From contig OZ037839.1 of assembly GCA_964035575.1 (NCBI GenBank), forward strand, positions 744,001 through 808,000: a DNA stretch of 64,000 nt, written 5' to 3'. The position numbers and the translations under genes were made by a program. Positions 35,364-46,222 of this stretch are shown here, piece after piece. How positions within the stretch are numbered: position 1 is the stretch's first letter; each line of letters opens with the position of its first letter. Source of the DNA: Rhynchopus sp. YZ270_cl-10. Its lineage: Eukaryota. Under the pieces are notes generated by a model, which ran no database searches, was not told where the DNA came from, and was given only the letters and a program-made list of their open reading frames with translations.

Positions 35364-35704
35364 TGAAATTTTTGGATGTAAAGTGGTGAGCGTAGTAGAT
35401 ACTATCCGCAAGAAGAAAACTAAATGGGGGATTTAAAAAAAAAAAGGGGGCGAAGAGAGTTTAAGGGATCATCGTTAAGGGTTTTTTTGGTGATAAGCCA
35501 AATGGAATGTAGAGAGGGGGTGTTTGATAAAATAGAACTTAAATTCTAGAATTTCAGGCACACGATGTCACCAAAAAACGCTAGAGGGGAGGGGTTGTGT
35601 AAATTTGTAGGAGGAAGGGGGTGCTGTGTGATGTGGATGTGATGGTGGAAGGCCACGAATCGTTCAAGAGGGGCAAAAGAAGAGGCAAATATCTCACGTA
35701 GAGC

Positions 35705-35860
35705 AGTTTGGCTGGGGCGGCACAATCTGTTACACATTAACGCAGGTGTCCTAAGGCAAGCTCAGTGAGAACAGAAATCTCACGTAGAGCATAAGGGTAA
35801 AAGCTTGCTCGATACATGATCTTCACTGTACCGATCAGGTGTGAAAGCATGGCCTAACGA
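35705..35860 (+). pseudogene. LSU (28S-type) rRNA fragment including the P-loop region
   Basis: agtttggctggggcggcac..taacgcaggtgtcctaaggcaagctcagtgagaacagaaatctcacgtagagcataagggtaaaagcttgc..gtgaaagcatggcctaacga is conserved eukaryotic LSU domain V; flanks are not rDNA. Confidence 0.88.
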
Positions 35861-36290
35861 GGGCTGTCGACGGAGTGCCGAGGCGTGCACGCTGCAAACT
35901 CGACCTGCATTACGGAGAGGGGAAGACGTGCAGCAATTTCTGGACGAAGAGACGCTCAGAGAAGGGGGGGGAGTGATACTGTGTTTTATCAAACTAGCAG
36001 TTTCAACAATACCAGAAAAAAAAAAAATGGGCGCACAAGGGCATGGGTATTCCTAAGACGGAATACGAATACCACTTTTGGGATCGTGCACTTTTTTTTC
36101 TACAGGGATTCCCTTAGGGAAGAAAAAAAAGAGCAGACGGGTAACTAAGAGACTTGAGAACGGTCTTTTTCACTGAGTGAGGTGCCCGTGAACTGGGATG
36201 GAATGAAACAACACAAAAAAGACATTTTTCTCCTTGTAGGACGAACCCCCAAATAAAATTTTCGCCTCCGGCGGACACCCCCTTTCCTCC

Positions 36291-36450
36291 ACTGTGTACT
36301 GTGTACTGTGTACTGTGTACTGTGTACTGTGTACTGTGTACTGTGTACTGTGTACTGTGTACTGTGTACTGTGTACTGTGTACTGTGTACTGTGTACTGT
36401 GTACTGTGTACTGTGTACTGTGTACTGTGTACTGTGTACTGTGTACTGTG
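36291..36450. repeat. (ACTGTGT)n heptanucleotide microsatellite, ~23 copies
   Basis: Perfect tandem repeat. Confidence 0.99.
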
Positions 36451-36921
36451 CAGTTATGCAGCCACGCCAATTTTTTTTTATAGTACCACCGCTGAACGCT
36501 CGGGTCACCAAAAATTCAAATAAGACCAGTTTTGGGGTGTTTTGACCCTGTTTTTGACCCCCAAAGGGGAAGCCCACCCAAAGAAAAATAGTGGAATACG
36601 GAACACCCATGCACAAGGGTCCCTTCTTGTCTAAGACGAAGGAAACCGACCAACAAAAAACACACAAAAAAGCAAATCGAAAGGTGAATATGAACTCTTG
36701 CACACCCGCATCTCAACTGAAGAGCAAAGGTTAAGGTTCCTCATCAGAGTCTAGAAAAGTCACCTTAAAAAAAAAGGGGGTCTGAAAAGTTTTTTACCAT
36801 TTCCCACTCACGCATTTTTACCACTGTATGTCAAGACGTGGCAAATGCCTTGGGGGCTTGAAAGTTTGTTTGTTTTGCTTATATTTTTGCTACTCTGTTT
36901 GTTTTGTATTTCAGTGTAGTA

Positions 36922-37029
36922 CCACCTGATTATTACCCCGCGTATAGGCGCATAAAGGCGTGTAAAGGCTGGGAAAAATGGGTGGGGTTTGGCCTATACG
37001 GGCCTATACGCGGGGTAAAAATCAGGTGG
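36922..37029. mobile_element. 108-bp MITE, CCACCTGATT termini, 5-bp TSD TAGTA
   Basis: tagta|ccacctgatt...aatcaggtgg|tagta. Confidence 0.85.
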
Positions 37030-37803
37030 TAGTAACTTTGTAAGTTGAGAGGTAGGGTAGGGTGCGCTTCGTTGCAGACCTGGCACATGCCTTGGGGGCA
37101 GATATGCAGAGGGTGCTTTGCATCACAAAAGGAATAGAAAACACCCTGGTACACTGCCACTGGATCATCTAAAAAAAAAACCCCCCCCTTGCCCACAGCC
37201 ATCCGCTGTGAGGGAACGTCGTAACCAGTTAGCAACACACCCTGATGTATTTTCATCAACATCATGTTGGGTAAAAACCTGCTATTCCCCCTTCGTACTA
37301 ATGCCGTTACCCCCCCCAAAAAAAAAAAAAAATGCTTTTTTGAAAATTTGGTTGTATTAGTGTAGCCACCCTAGAGTATGCTCCACTAGCTTTTTTTTTT
37401 GTCCCAACATCTAGTACTGGGGTACAAAATAGTTGCCCTGCGGTTGCCATACCAGCATTCGAAAAAATAAAGGGAGAGAGAGAGACCGGGTGGCTCATAT
37501 ATGACTTTGTCTTGCTATCGAAAGAACGCCGCGTAGAGTAGAGCAAAGAACAAAAAAAAAGAAAACGGTTGTGAGATGAATGTGCCCCCCTCTCATAACA
37601 CACACATATCTTTACCTCCAGAAAGAGAGAGAGAGAGGGGCACGTACACATACACACACAGTGGGCCATACTCCGTTCAGGCGTTACCCACTCTAAACCC
37701 GTTATCAAACATACACACACACACATAACCCTTGCACAGACGTTAACAATTTGAGGACATATCCAATTGGGGGGGAGGGAAAGAACAAATCAAACAGGTA
37801 TCT

Positions 37804-37901
37804 CCACCTGATTTTTACCCCGCGTATAGGCGCGTATAGGACCGTATAGGCCAAACCCCACCCATTTTTCCCAGCCTTTACGCGGGGAAAAAATCAGGTG
37901 G
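37804..37901. mobile_element. 98-bp MITE of the same family, opposite orientation, 5-bp TSD TATCT
   Basis: tatct|ccacctgatt...aatcaggtgg|tatct. Confidence 0.85.
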
Positions 37902-38671
37902 TATCTTTAGAAAAGCAAAAGGAAAAGCAATGTAAGGTGAACCCTACATTTGCTTTATCACCTTTGAACAAAGTTTGTTTATTGGGATACCGTTTTTTTT
38001 TAAAAAGAATCATAGCACAACACTGTCACAAAAAAGAGAAAGGCAACTCCACGCATCACATAAAAATAAAATTTGAACAGACACGTTGGTTCAAAGAAAA
38101 ATGGAAAAAAGAGAAAAAAATCCCTGTGGAAAAATTCGTAGGTACTTTGGGACTTTATAAGAAAAGAAAGGTAAGATGAACTCAAGCCTTGCCACCTTTT
38201 TAAAGAAAGCTTCTGGTGTTTTCCAAAAACGTAGAACGTGGCAAAAGGAGATATTGCACAGCAGTGGGGGAACAGAACACCGACGTGGGGGGAGGTCATA
38301 TAACTGCACTGTGATAATTGTATTACCCAGCTGTGTATAATTGATCATCATCACAGTACAGTTACCACTAGGATCGCTACACTGATTTTTAAAGCCAAAA
38401 CCAGCTAGACACCTCCAGACCTGAGGAAATGGGTACACATTGTGACCTCAGGGAACCCCCCCCTCTCGCTTGGTCTGTTACCCCCCTTTCATAAACCACC
38501 AAGAATGAAACGCTGTACATTCTGCCCACCACCACGCCCTCTAACAATATTAGGTACACAGAAGAACACCAAATGTACTGATTTTGATAGCGGAACAGAG
38601 GTTCTGAAAAAAATAACAAAAAAAAAATTTTGCTCCTCACGCATCCACTAAAGCGTTGCCATCTATGAGGC

Positions 38672-40123
38672 TTACTGCTGCTTTTCGATGACAAAGGCGT
38701 CAATCACCTTCGACTGTGTCACAGAGAAGAAGTCAATGCTGACGTGCGTCTTGTTGTGCACAGTCATACTGTTGTATCCAATATCGAGCGAGCGGAACGC
38801 ACTGAAGGACCAGTCGTACGGCCCAAAGTCGTCAATCGACTCCCCATTCCCTGCAGCACCGCTGACCACGTGCACGGGGTACTTTGGGTTTGTGTATTTA
38901 TCAACGGGCTGTGGGTCGACTGTAGCGTTGGAGGTCATTGTGTAGTTCCCTGTTACAGGGAAGGTACGTTCGTAGCTGTGCACATGCCCGTTGAGGACCA
39001 GGTCGACGTTGTACTTCTCAAGGATATCGTAGAACCCTTCGCGCATGCTCTCCTGCTCGCCGGTGGAGTTGCAGCTGGAGTAGAACGGACGGTGGATGAC
39101 CACCACAAGCCAGGGCACGGTGTCGCGGTTCTTCTGTGCAGCCGCAAGGTCCTCTTCCATGAACATACGCTGCAGTGTGTTGTTCTGCGACGCTCCGCAC
39201 CACAGATGTGCCTCAGAGTCGAGCAGAAGGTAGTGCGCGTAGCCAAGGTCGAAGGAGGACCAGAGGCTGTGTGTGTCCTTCCAGCCAGGCATGATGAAGC
39301 GCATCTGGTAGTCCTTCATGCAGGCCGCCCAGGCGGGAATGCCAGGCGGGCGGTAGCAGAACACCTCGCCATTACCAGGCACCACCATCAGCGGCACGGC
39401 GCCACCGCCAGAGAGCAGCGAGAGCTCCTCCGCGTGGATGTCTCCCTGGAGCCCGTCCTTGTCCTTCGCGTAGTAGGCCATGTCCCCCGTGTGCAGCACA
39501 ACGTCGGCACCCCCGTTGCGCACCCGAGCCGCAACGCTTGGGACCGTTCCGTTCGTCCAGTGCTCGTTGTTGCCGGTGTCGCCGAAGAAGATGACCTTAG
39601 TGGACCTCGCCTCAACGGAGCGTGTTCTGTGGGGTAGGTTGTGGGGTTGTGGGGTTGAGGAGGAGACCTGACAGCTTTGAGATGCTCTTTAGGAAAATGG
39701 ATAAATGCAGCTGGGTACGCAGCAGAAATACATGCCAAAAGCCGATGCAATAGCTAGAACGCACGCACAATAAAAAAAGAAAAAAAAAGATAAAAATAAA
39801 ACAGACCTGATGGAGACCGGCGGGAGCGCCACACCCTCCCCAGCCACGCAGTAGCGGTACTCTGTGTCAGGTGAGAGGCCTGTGATGACAGCGTTGTAAA
39901 GATATGTCATGCGGTCCGCCGATGTGTTCATGGCCATCACCTGTGCGTTCACTGTGTCCCCCGAGCATGTGTCCGTTCCATACGTAACATGTGGGCTCTG
40001 TGATGGTGTCACCGTTGCCCACGACACGGTCACTGAGGAGAACTCATCCCCATACGCCAGGTGCACCTCACTCGGTGTCGGGTCCACCGCAGCAAGCACA
40101 ACGGCCAAAGCGACTGCAAGCAT
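38672..40123 (-). CDS. Secreted purple acid phosphatase-like metallophosphoesterase; 2 exons, intron 39627-39806
   Basis: Signal peptide, FN3-like N-domain (PSEVHLAYG..GLSPDTEYRY); a GT-AG intron joins the frames to give FFGDTG, GDMAY, PGNGE, VIHRPFY, GHVHSYER, SGAAGN. Confidence 0.92.
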
Positions 40124-41283
40124 CGTAAATAATGTGTCAAAGAAAAGATACCACCTGCAGGAGAAAGGTTGGGTGATGCGTAGTTCTCACCTCCATTGGG
40201 CAACCGTGAGGCCAAAAAGAAAAATGGGATTTGAATTTCCCCAAAGTCACAGCGCACTGTGATTTCTGAGCATGTCTTTGCTGGTCTCTATCGGTAATTG
40301 GTTTGGGGAACTTGCACGGCAAAAAGTTGCCCAGGGAACAAAGAGGAATTATATCATGGTACTTTCACCGCAAAGATGGCGTGCAATGAAAAACCCGAAA
40401 TGGGGCAATCATGTGGCTTGAAGATCGCGACGACAAACTTCACAATGCCTACAGCATCCCCTTACTCAGGAGTCGACCCCGCTATGTCTGTTTTTGCACT
40501 GCATCTGGACGAGTACGGACGGAACCGACGATGCGAACAATCTTGCGGAGAAAAGGCTGTCCTTCTTGCGTCGAGATTGAACTGTTGAACGCTTTCCCAC
40601 CCCCAGAGCGTATGTTTTTGTTGGTGTTGTACACCTGCTGGTATAAAGATCTGCACACAGTGTCGGCAAAAGCCTTTTGTACTACGGAAGGTAGAGATGC
40701 AGATCGTCCTCAACCCTTCAGAGTACCTTTTATTTCTTCACACATTTCACTATTTTCCAATTTCACGTGTGAAGGTGTTTTTTTTTTTTTTTTTTTGCGA
40801 CAATCGTCGAGTAAGTTTTTTTTTTTTGAAAACTTGGTTGTATTAGTGTAGACACCCTAGAGTGTGCTCCACTATTTGGTTTTTTTTTTGAAAAAATGTT
40901 GGAATAGTGTAGTTGCCACCTGGCAAGGTTCACTTTCCCTTTGTTCACTCTTTGTTTTATTAAATGATCAATGCTAAAAGGAAATCGAACAGTACCCCAA
41001 CTCCCTTCCTTTTTCCATTTTTGGGGAGGGTTGGAGCAAAATCACACTTCCCCGACAGGTCGAGGTATGTGCGGTTCACCGCAACCTCTCCCTTTTGTCT
41101 TTATTGTTTTATTGTTTGTGGGGGCGTGGGTGGGGAAAACAACAAAAAAGGAAAGTGGGAGTGCGGTGACAATTGTGCAAGAGATAGAAGTGACTCCCAA
41201 AAAACGGAAGAATTTCTCCCAGGGGGGCAAACAAAAAGTTCTGTTGCTTTGGTCAACAGAACATTTTTTTGGCAGTGCACTGC

Positions 41284-42141
41284 TTAAGACACACTTGCTG
41301 GAGTGGTGGGTGGTACAGCTGTGGGTGGTGCTTGAGTGGCATTCACACACACGTAGTCGAAGGCAATGTTCCCCAACCCTCCTGAAGAGTACACGCTGTT
41401 GAACTGCACCAACGCAGAACCATTCATCACAAGGTCCACACCTATGAAGCGTGTTGTGTTTACAGAACGGGGCCAGTAGTATTCCAAGTTGAAGTGTGTG
41501 TCATCCTCTGAGCTGTAGACGTACACGGCCATTTCCCAGTACGGGTCAATAACAGAAAACCTGAGCACAGCTTTTGTGTCGCACGCAATGTCCCAGCACT
41601 CTGTGTGGTCTACTGCCATGGATTTATATTGCACGTGTCCGGTGCCTGTCAGGTTGTTCTGTTTGTCACAGGGGATGGAGACACCTGCTGGCGCCGATGG
41701 TGTGCTGGGTACAGGTGTGGGTGGTGCTTGAGTGGCATTCACACACACGTAGTCGAAGGCAATCGTCCCCACCCCTCCTGAAGAGTACACGCTGTTGAAC
41801 TGCACCAACGCAGAACTATTCATCACAAGGTCCACACCTATGAAGCGTGTTGTGTTTACAGAACGGGGCCAGTAATATTCCAAGTTGAAGTTTGTGTCAT
41901 CCTCTGAGCTGTAGACGTACACGGCCATTCCGAAGTACGGGTCAATAACAGAAAACCTGAGCACAACTTCTGTGTCGCACGCAATGTCCCAGCACTCTGT
42001 GTGGTTTATTGCCATGGAGTTATAGTTCACATGCCCGTTGCCTGTCAGGTTGTTCTGTTTGTCACAGGGGATGGAGACACCTGCCGGAGTGGTCGCAGCC
42101 GTGCTTGCACACAGCAGCGCTGCCAAGCATGCGCGCAGCAT
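41284..42141 (-). CDS. Secreted protein with two tandem ~130-aa Cys-containing (CUB-like) domains and Pro/Thr linkers
   Basis: Signal peptide MLRACLAALLC; near-identical internal duplication; paralogs at 52386 and 56532; the CUB assignment is a resemblance only. Confidence 0.8.
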   Translation of the reverse strand: MLRACLAALLCASTAATTPAGVSIPCDKQNNLTGNGHVNYNSMAINHTECWDIACDTEVVLRFSVIDPYFGMAVYVYSSEDDTNFNLEYYWPRSVNTTRFIGVDLVMNSSALVQFNSVYSSGGVGTIAFDYVCVNATQAPPTPVPSTPSAPAGVSIPCDKQNNLTGTGHVQYKSMAVDHTECWDIACDTKAVLRFSVIDPYWEMAVYVYSSEDDTHFNLEYYWPRSVNTTRFIGVDLVMNGSALVQFNSVYSSGGLGNIAFDYVCVNATQAPPTAVPPTTPASVS

Positions 42142-42864
42142 TGTCTTTTGTTGTGTCCAGAGAATACCTGTTGTGTTGTTGTGCTGTTGTGTTGCTATAT
42201 CTTCTACCTTGCTTATATCTTCTACAGTATAATCAGGGGCCAATCATAACGTGCACACTCTGCTGATTCTAAAAACGGGGGCAAAAAAATCGCAGATGGA
42301 AAAATGGGGAAGAGGTTGAAATGTTGGAACAGCAGTTATCAATCAATTTAAAAAAAACGTGACGAGAGAGAAAAAAAAACAAAACACAGTGGGATATAAG
42401 TCCACCCCCTCCAGAGAGGCTTAATAATTCAAAAAAAAGGGGGGGTGGAAGAAGTCAACGCTGCTAGCGTGCTTGGTCCGCACCAAAAGAGGGCGGAATA
42501 AAAAATGAGACGTCAGTCATACTTGGACTGCCCGAAATCTCTTTCGGGCACTTCGGGCGATTTCGGGAGAATTTGGGCCGGATTTCGCCAACTGCATGGT
42601 AAATACGAGACGTTGGGGAGGAAGGAAAATACGTTGTAACAGTGCAGGGTTCTCCACCCTATAATTTGAAGATTTGCATCTTGTAACGATAAAAGCGTCG
42701 CTCACCAGTTTTACGGTGAATCTTGCAACAGATGGTATCGTAACGTCAAAAAAGGTTTTTTTTTGTGCTGTAAGAACTCCTGCCACTGCTTTTCTTTTTT
42801 CTTTTTTTTTTTTTTTTGAAAAAAATATGACAAGTTTTAACGTGCCACTCACTATTTACCACAT

Positions 42865-43905
42865 TTTCAACTTACCTTCCTTCACCCCCCCCTGTAAGGG
42901 TAACCGTAGGTGAAGTAAGGTATAGTATTGAAATCGATGTGGGGGGGGAGTAAAGGGTCAATTTTACAAAACCAGATTTTGAGGAAAATTTTAGCCGAAA
43001 ATGGGCCCCACGTATAAGCAACCGGGCTCATATTTCTCAAAATTTAAGTGGTCAAAAAATTGTCCAATTTTCGAGATTGACCCCACCACTGCACGGGCGG
43101 AGCCCAAAAACGCAAATAAGGACCCTTTTTCAACTTACCTTCCTTCACCCCCCCCTGTAAGGGTAACCGTAGGTGAAGTAAGGTATAGTATTGAAATCGA
43201 TGTGGGGGGGGAGTAAAGGGTCAATTTTACAAAACCAGATTTTGAGGAAAATTTTAGCCGAAAATGGGCCCCACGTATAAGCAACCGGGCTCATATTTCT
43301 CAAAATTTAAGTGGTCAAAAAATTGTCCAATTTTCGAGATTGACCCCACCACTGCACGGGCGGAGCCCAAAAACGCAAATAAGGACCCTTTTTAATTTGT
43401 TCTCTTGAAATGTGTAATTTCAAGTTTTCTAGAAAAAAATAGCAACTGATCCTACAAGGGTTGAAGGAAGGTGTGTGGAAAACAACAACAACAAAACAAG
43501 GAATTGCTAGGAAAAAAAGCGAGGTGTGCTGTGGGAAACTCTGCGCGATTTTTTTCTTTGCTGGGTGGTACTGATGCGCATGGTGTGATCGACGACAGTT
43601 AGTCGTCTGTGTTCCTTGCACACTCCTCCTCCGGCGACGATGCGTGGGAGGCTGTGGACGACAACGAGCTGGAACACGCCGACCATCCATCGAGCAAATG
43701 GTGCTGGACGAAGAGGGGTCTGAGGATGACAGCCCCCGTTCTTGAACGTTTCAAGTGCAGGCGTCCCAGTGGTTGTGGCAGCGTTTTCGCATACCTGCAG
43801 AAGAGCAGAGTGTAGATTATTTCTACAGGGCGGTGTTCAGGAGTGTGGGTCCCCCCATAACCACAGCACACCCCATTTTTTTTTCCGATAGCAATTACTT
43901 GTTTT
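42865..43905 (-). repeat. Inverted copy of the 13255-14310 repeat with tandem ~260-bp units
   Basis: Reverse-complement similarity read directly. Confidence 0.85.
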
Positions 43906-44050
43906 TATTTTTTTCTTATTCCCTCTGATGTAGCCAGCATCCTCGGGGAAGATGGCGCACACGTAGTATCACTTAAGCAGTGTCTATGAGATACCACGAC
44001 GGCTAGGGAAGTGGTCAAAACGGACTGTTTGGTTGCCAGTTAAAGGCCAA

Positions 44051-46222
44051 TCACATCAAATGAGAAAAATATTTGTCAATCAGACCACGAACAAGAAGAG
44101 GGGTATTCCCACTCGGTGAGGTAGGAAACGGGTCGGTTTTGTGTTGCCATGTCTTGTCCAGGGCCAGACAGTCGGCATTGAACTTTGTTTGGTTGAAGTC
44201 ACCTGCGGCCACCCCTGTGGACATCTGCTTGAAGTACAACGCCCACCGTGGCTGGTAGAACCCCTTCACAAGACCACCCCACTCCTTCCCAGCGTAGTCA
44301 AGGATGTTCCCCTCAGGTCCCCACAAGGTGATCTGGTTGCGTGCATTCCATTCGTACAGGTCCTGCTGTGTCACGTTGTTGCCTCCCCAACTGCGCGCAT
44401 TGCTCAGCCACGTGCCAAGAAGGAAGAACTTGGACGAAAGCAGCAACGTGTCCTGGTCCGCGATCATCTCCAGCATGGTGGCAGCTATCTCATCCAACGC
44501 TGTTGCGTTCTTTGCGTGGTATGCAGCAGTGTGGCTCTGACTGAGGCTCATGAACTTATCGGACATAGCCTGGCGTGCCACATCCACAAGGTCATTCACG
44601 TACGTCTCTTGCGCCGCGAAGGTGTCGTTTGCCAGCAGCATAGCAACCATCGCCTCTTCCACCAGTGAGCTGTTGTAACTGAACGCCGTGGGCCCCCGCC
44701 TCGACTTCGTCATGTCGAGCTCTGGCGTAATGGTGATGATATCGCGCACCACACCACTCTGTGTGTACACACTTCTGTGGAGCAGGTCCCATGCACGCAT
44801 CGTTTGCGCGTGGCGAGCGCCGTAGCGGCGGTGTGAGTAGTCGTACAGCCACTCGGTCATGTTGGCATGAGGTGTTGTGCGCCACATGTTCTGCAGCATG
44901 AGTTCATAGATCACATAATTCTGGCGGGTGCCTTCCATCGTCAGCCCAAATCCGGATACAGACGTGTTCTGCACATCTGCAGCGTGAGGCTTGGTATTGG
45001 CAAGGTCAAGGGCGCCCCCCATCCCGTCTCTCCCACCAAAGTCATGCAGGAGGCTGAAGATGTACGGCTTCCCCCAATAGGAGTCAAGACGTGAGTACTG
45101 TGCTTTGCCCATAGATTCGAGGTCCAACACAAGTGAGTGGTCGTCAGGGACACCTGCAAGATAGGCCTGTGCACGCTCAACTGTCCAGAAGCTTTCACTC
45201 ACGAAGAGCCATCCCTGCATCACCCACACTGCGTTGGGCTCTGCAGCAGTGAGGGAGGAGTACATTGCCTTGGACGAGGCAGTCAGGTACGAAGTGTTCC
45301 CGCTTTGCGGTGTGAGTTCGTTGTATTGGTCGCCGTTGAAGTATACGCTTGTGGTGTTGAAGACACTGCGGTACTGCTCAATGAAGGTTTTGCCCACTTC
45401 TATGTATAGTGGGTCTGTAGGCTCAATAGAGAGCACGGAGCCATTTGGGGGACCGAAGTGTCCCCAGTCCGGTGACTTGACGTACGATGCGTTGGGAAGC
45501 TTTGCCAAGAACGCATTTGGGACGTGCCCAGCAAACGCAGGCAGGACCGGAGTCATTTTAAGGTCCTCCATTCTTTGAAGGATCTTCACCTGCAGGTCTT
45601 TCTGTCCATTGATAAACTCAACCGGCAGCAGCCCACCCCAGCCCTCCATGTTCCCCATGCGATTCCATGCTGCGAACGCGGGGCCCGAGAAGAACGTCGC
45701 AATCTCTGCAGAGCTGAGTCCAAACTCCTGAAACGTCTTCTCCCACACGTACTCCTGCCCGACAAATGCCAGTGGTAGGTTGATGCCTGAAAGCGCCATC
45801 CAATCAATCTCCTCTTCCCATCGCGCCCAGTCCCACCAGACCATTGTGTAGCTGAAAGTGCAGACGTTCAAATAGTAACCCCATTTGTGTGTACGTGAGA
45901 TGTGGATGTCTTCTGAAACGGTTGGGAACGTTTCGGGGAAGTTCGCGTTGTTACCCGACCAAGTACGGACCTGCATGTGTGTCACATTATTCAAAAAGAA
46001 CCCAAGCCCCGACGCGACGCTGCCAGGTGTGTTACCTCTGATGATCTGCCTGCCTTGTGTGTCGAGCTTGGCCACTATCGTGAATGCGTCGCTACCGGAA
46101 GACTCTAGCACGTCAGGGGCAAACTTATCGGCATGCTTCCCGAGTATGCGGACGAAGAGCTCTTCAATAGGACTTCCGGACACTGTCTGCACAACAGCAA
46201 ATAGGCAGAACAACCTATACAT
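44051..46222 (-). CDS. NAGLU: Alpha-N-acetylglucosaminidase (GH89)
   Basis: 723 aa, signal peptide, YYLNVCTFSYTMVWWDWARWEEEIDWMALSGIN, WNRMGN, catalytic DQYNEL and GLTMEG motifs, NARNQITLWGP..DYAGKEWGGL. Confidence 0.96.
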   Translation of the reverse strand: MYRLFCLFAVVQTVSGSPIEELFVRILGKHADKFAPDVLESSGSDAFTIVAKLDTQGRQIIRGNTPGSVASGLGFFLNNVTHMQVRTWSGNNANFPETFPTVSEDIHISRTHKWGYYLNVCTFSYTMVWWDWARWEEEIDWMALSGINLPLAFVGQEYVWEKTFQEFGLSSAEIATFFSGPAFAAWNRMGNMEGWGGLLPVEFINGQKDLQVKILQRMEDLKMTPVLPAFAGHVPNAFLAKLPNASYVKSPDWGHFGPPNGSVLSIEPTDPLYIEVGKTFIEQYRSVFNTTSVYFNGDQYNELTPQSGNTSYLTASSKAMYSSLTAAEPNAVWVMQGWLFVSESFWTVERAQAYLAGVPDDHSLVLDLESMGKAQYSRLDSYWGKPYIFSLLHDFGGRDGMGGALDLANTKPHAADVQNTSVSGFGLTMEGTRQNYVIYELMLQNMWRTTPHANMTEWLYDYSHRRYGARHAQTMRAWDLLHRSVYTQSGVVRDIITITPELDMTKSRRGPTAFSYNSSLVEEAMVAMLLANDTFAAQETYVNDLVDVARQAMSDKFMSLSQSHTAAYHAKNATALDEIAATMLEMIADQDTLLLSSKFFLLGTWLSNARSWGGNNVTQQDLYEWNARNQITLWGPEGNILDYAGKEWGGLVKGFYQPRWALYFKQMSTGVAAGDFNQTKFNADCLALDKTWQHKTDPFPTSPSGNTPLLVRGLIDKYFSHLM

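Noticed and set aside
38744..39637. Long plus-strand ORFs opposite genes (also 32942-33793, 52253-53225)
   Set aside because: Antisense shadows of GC-rich coding sequence
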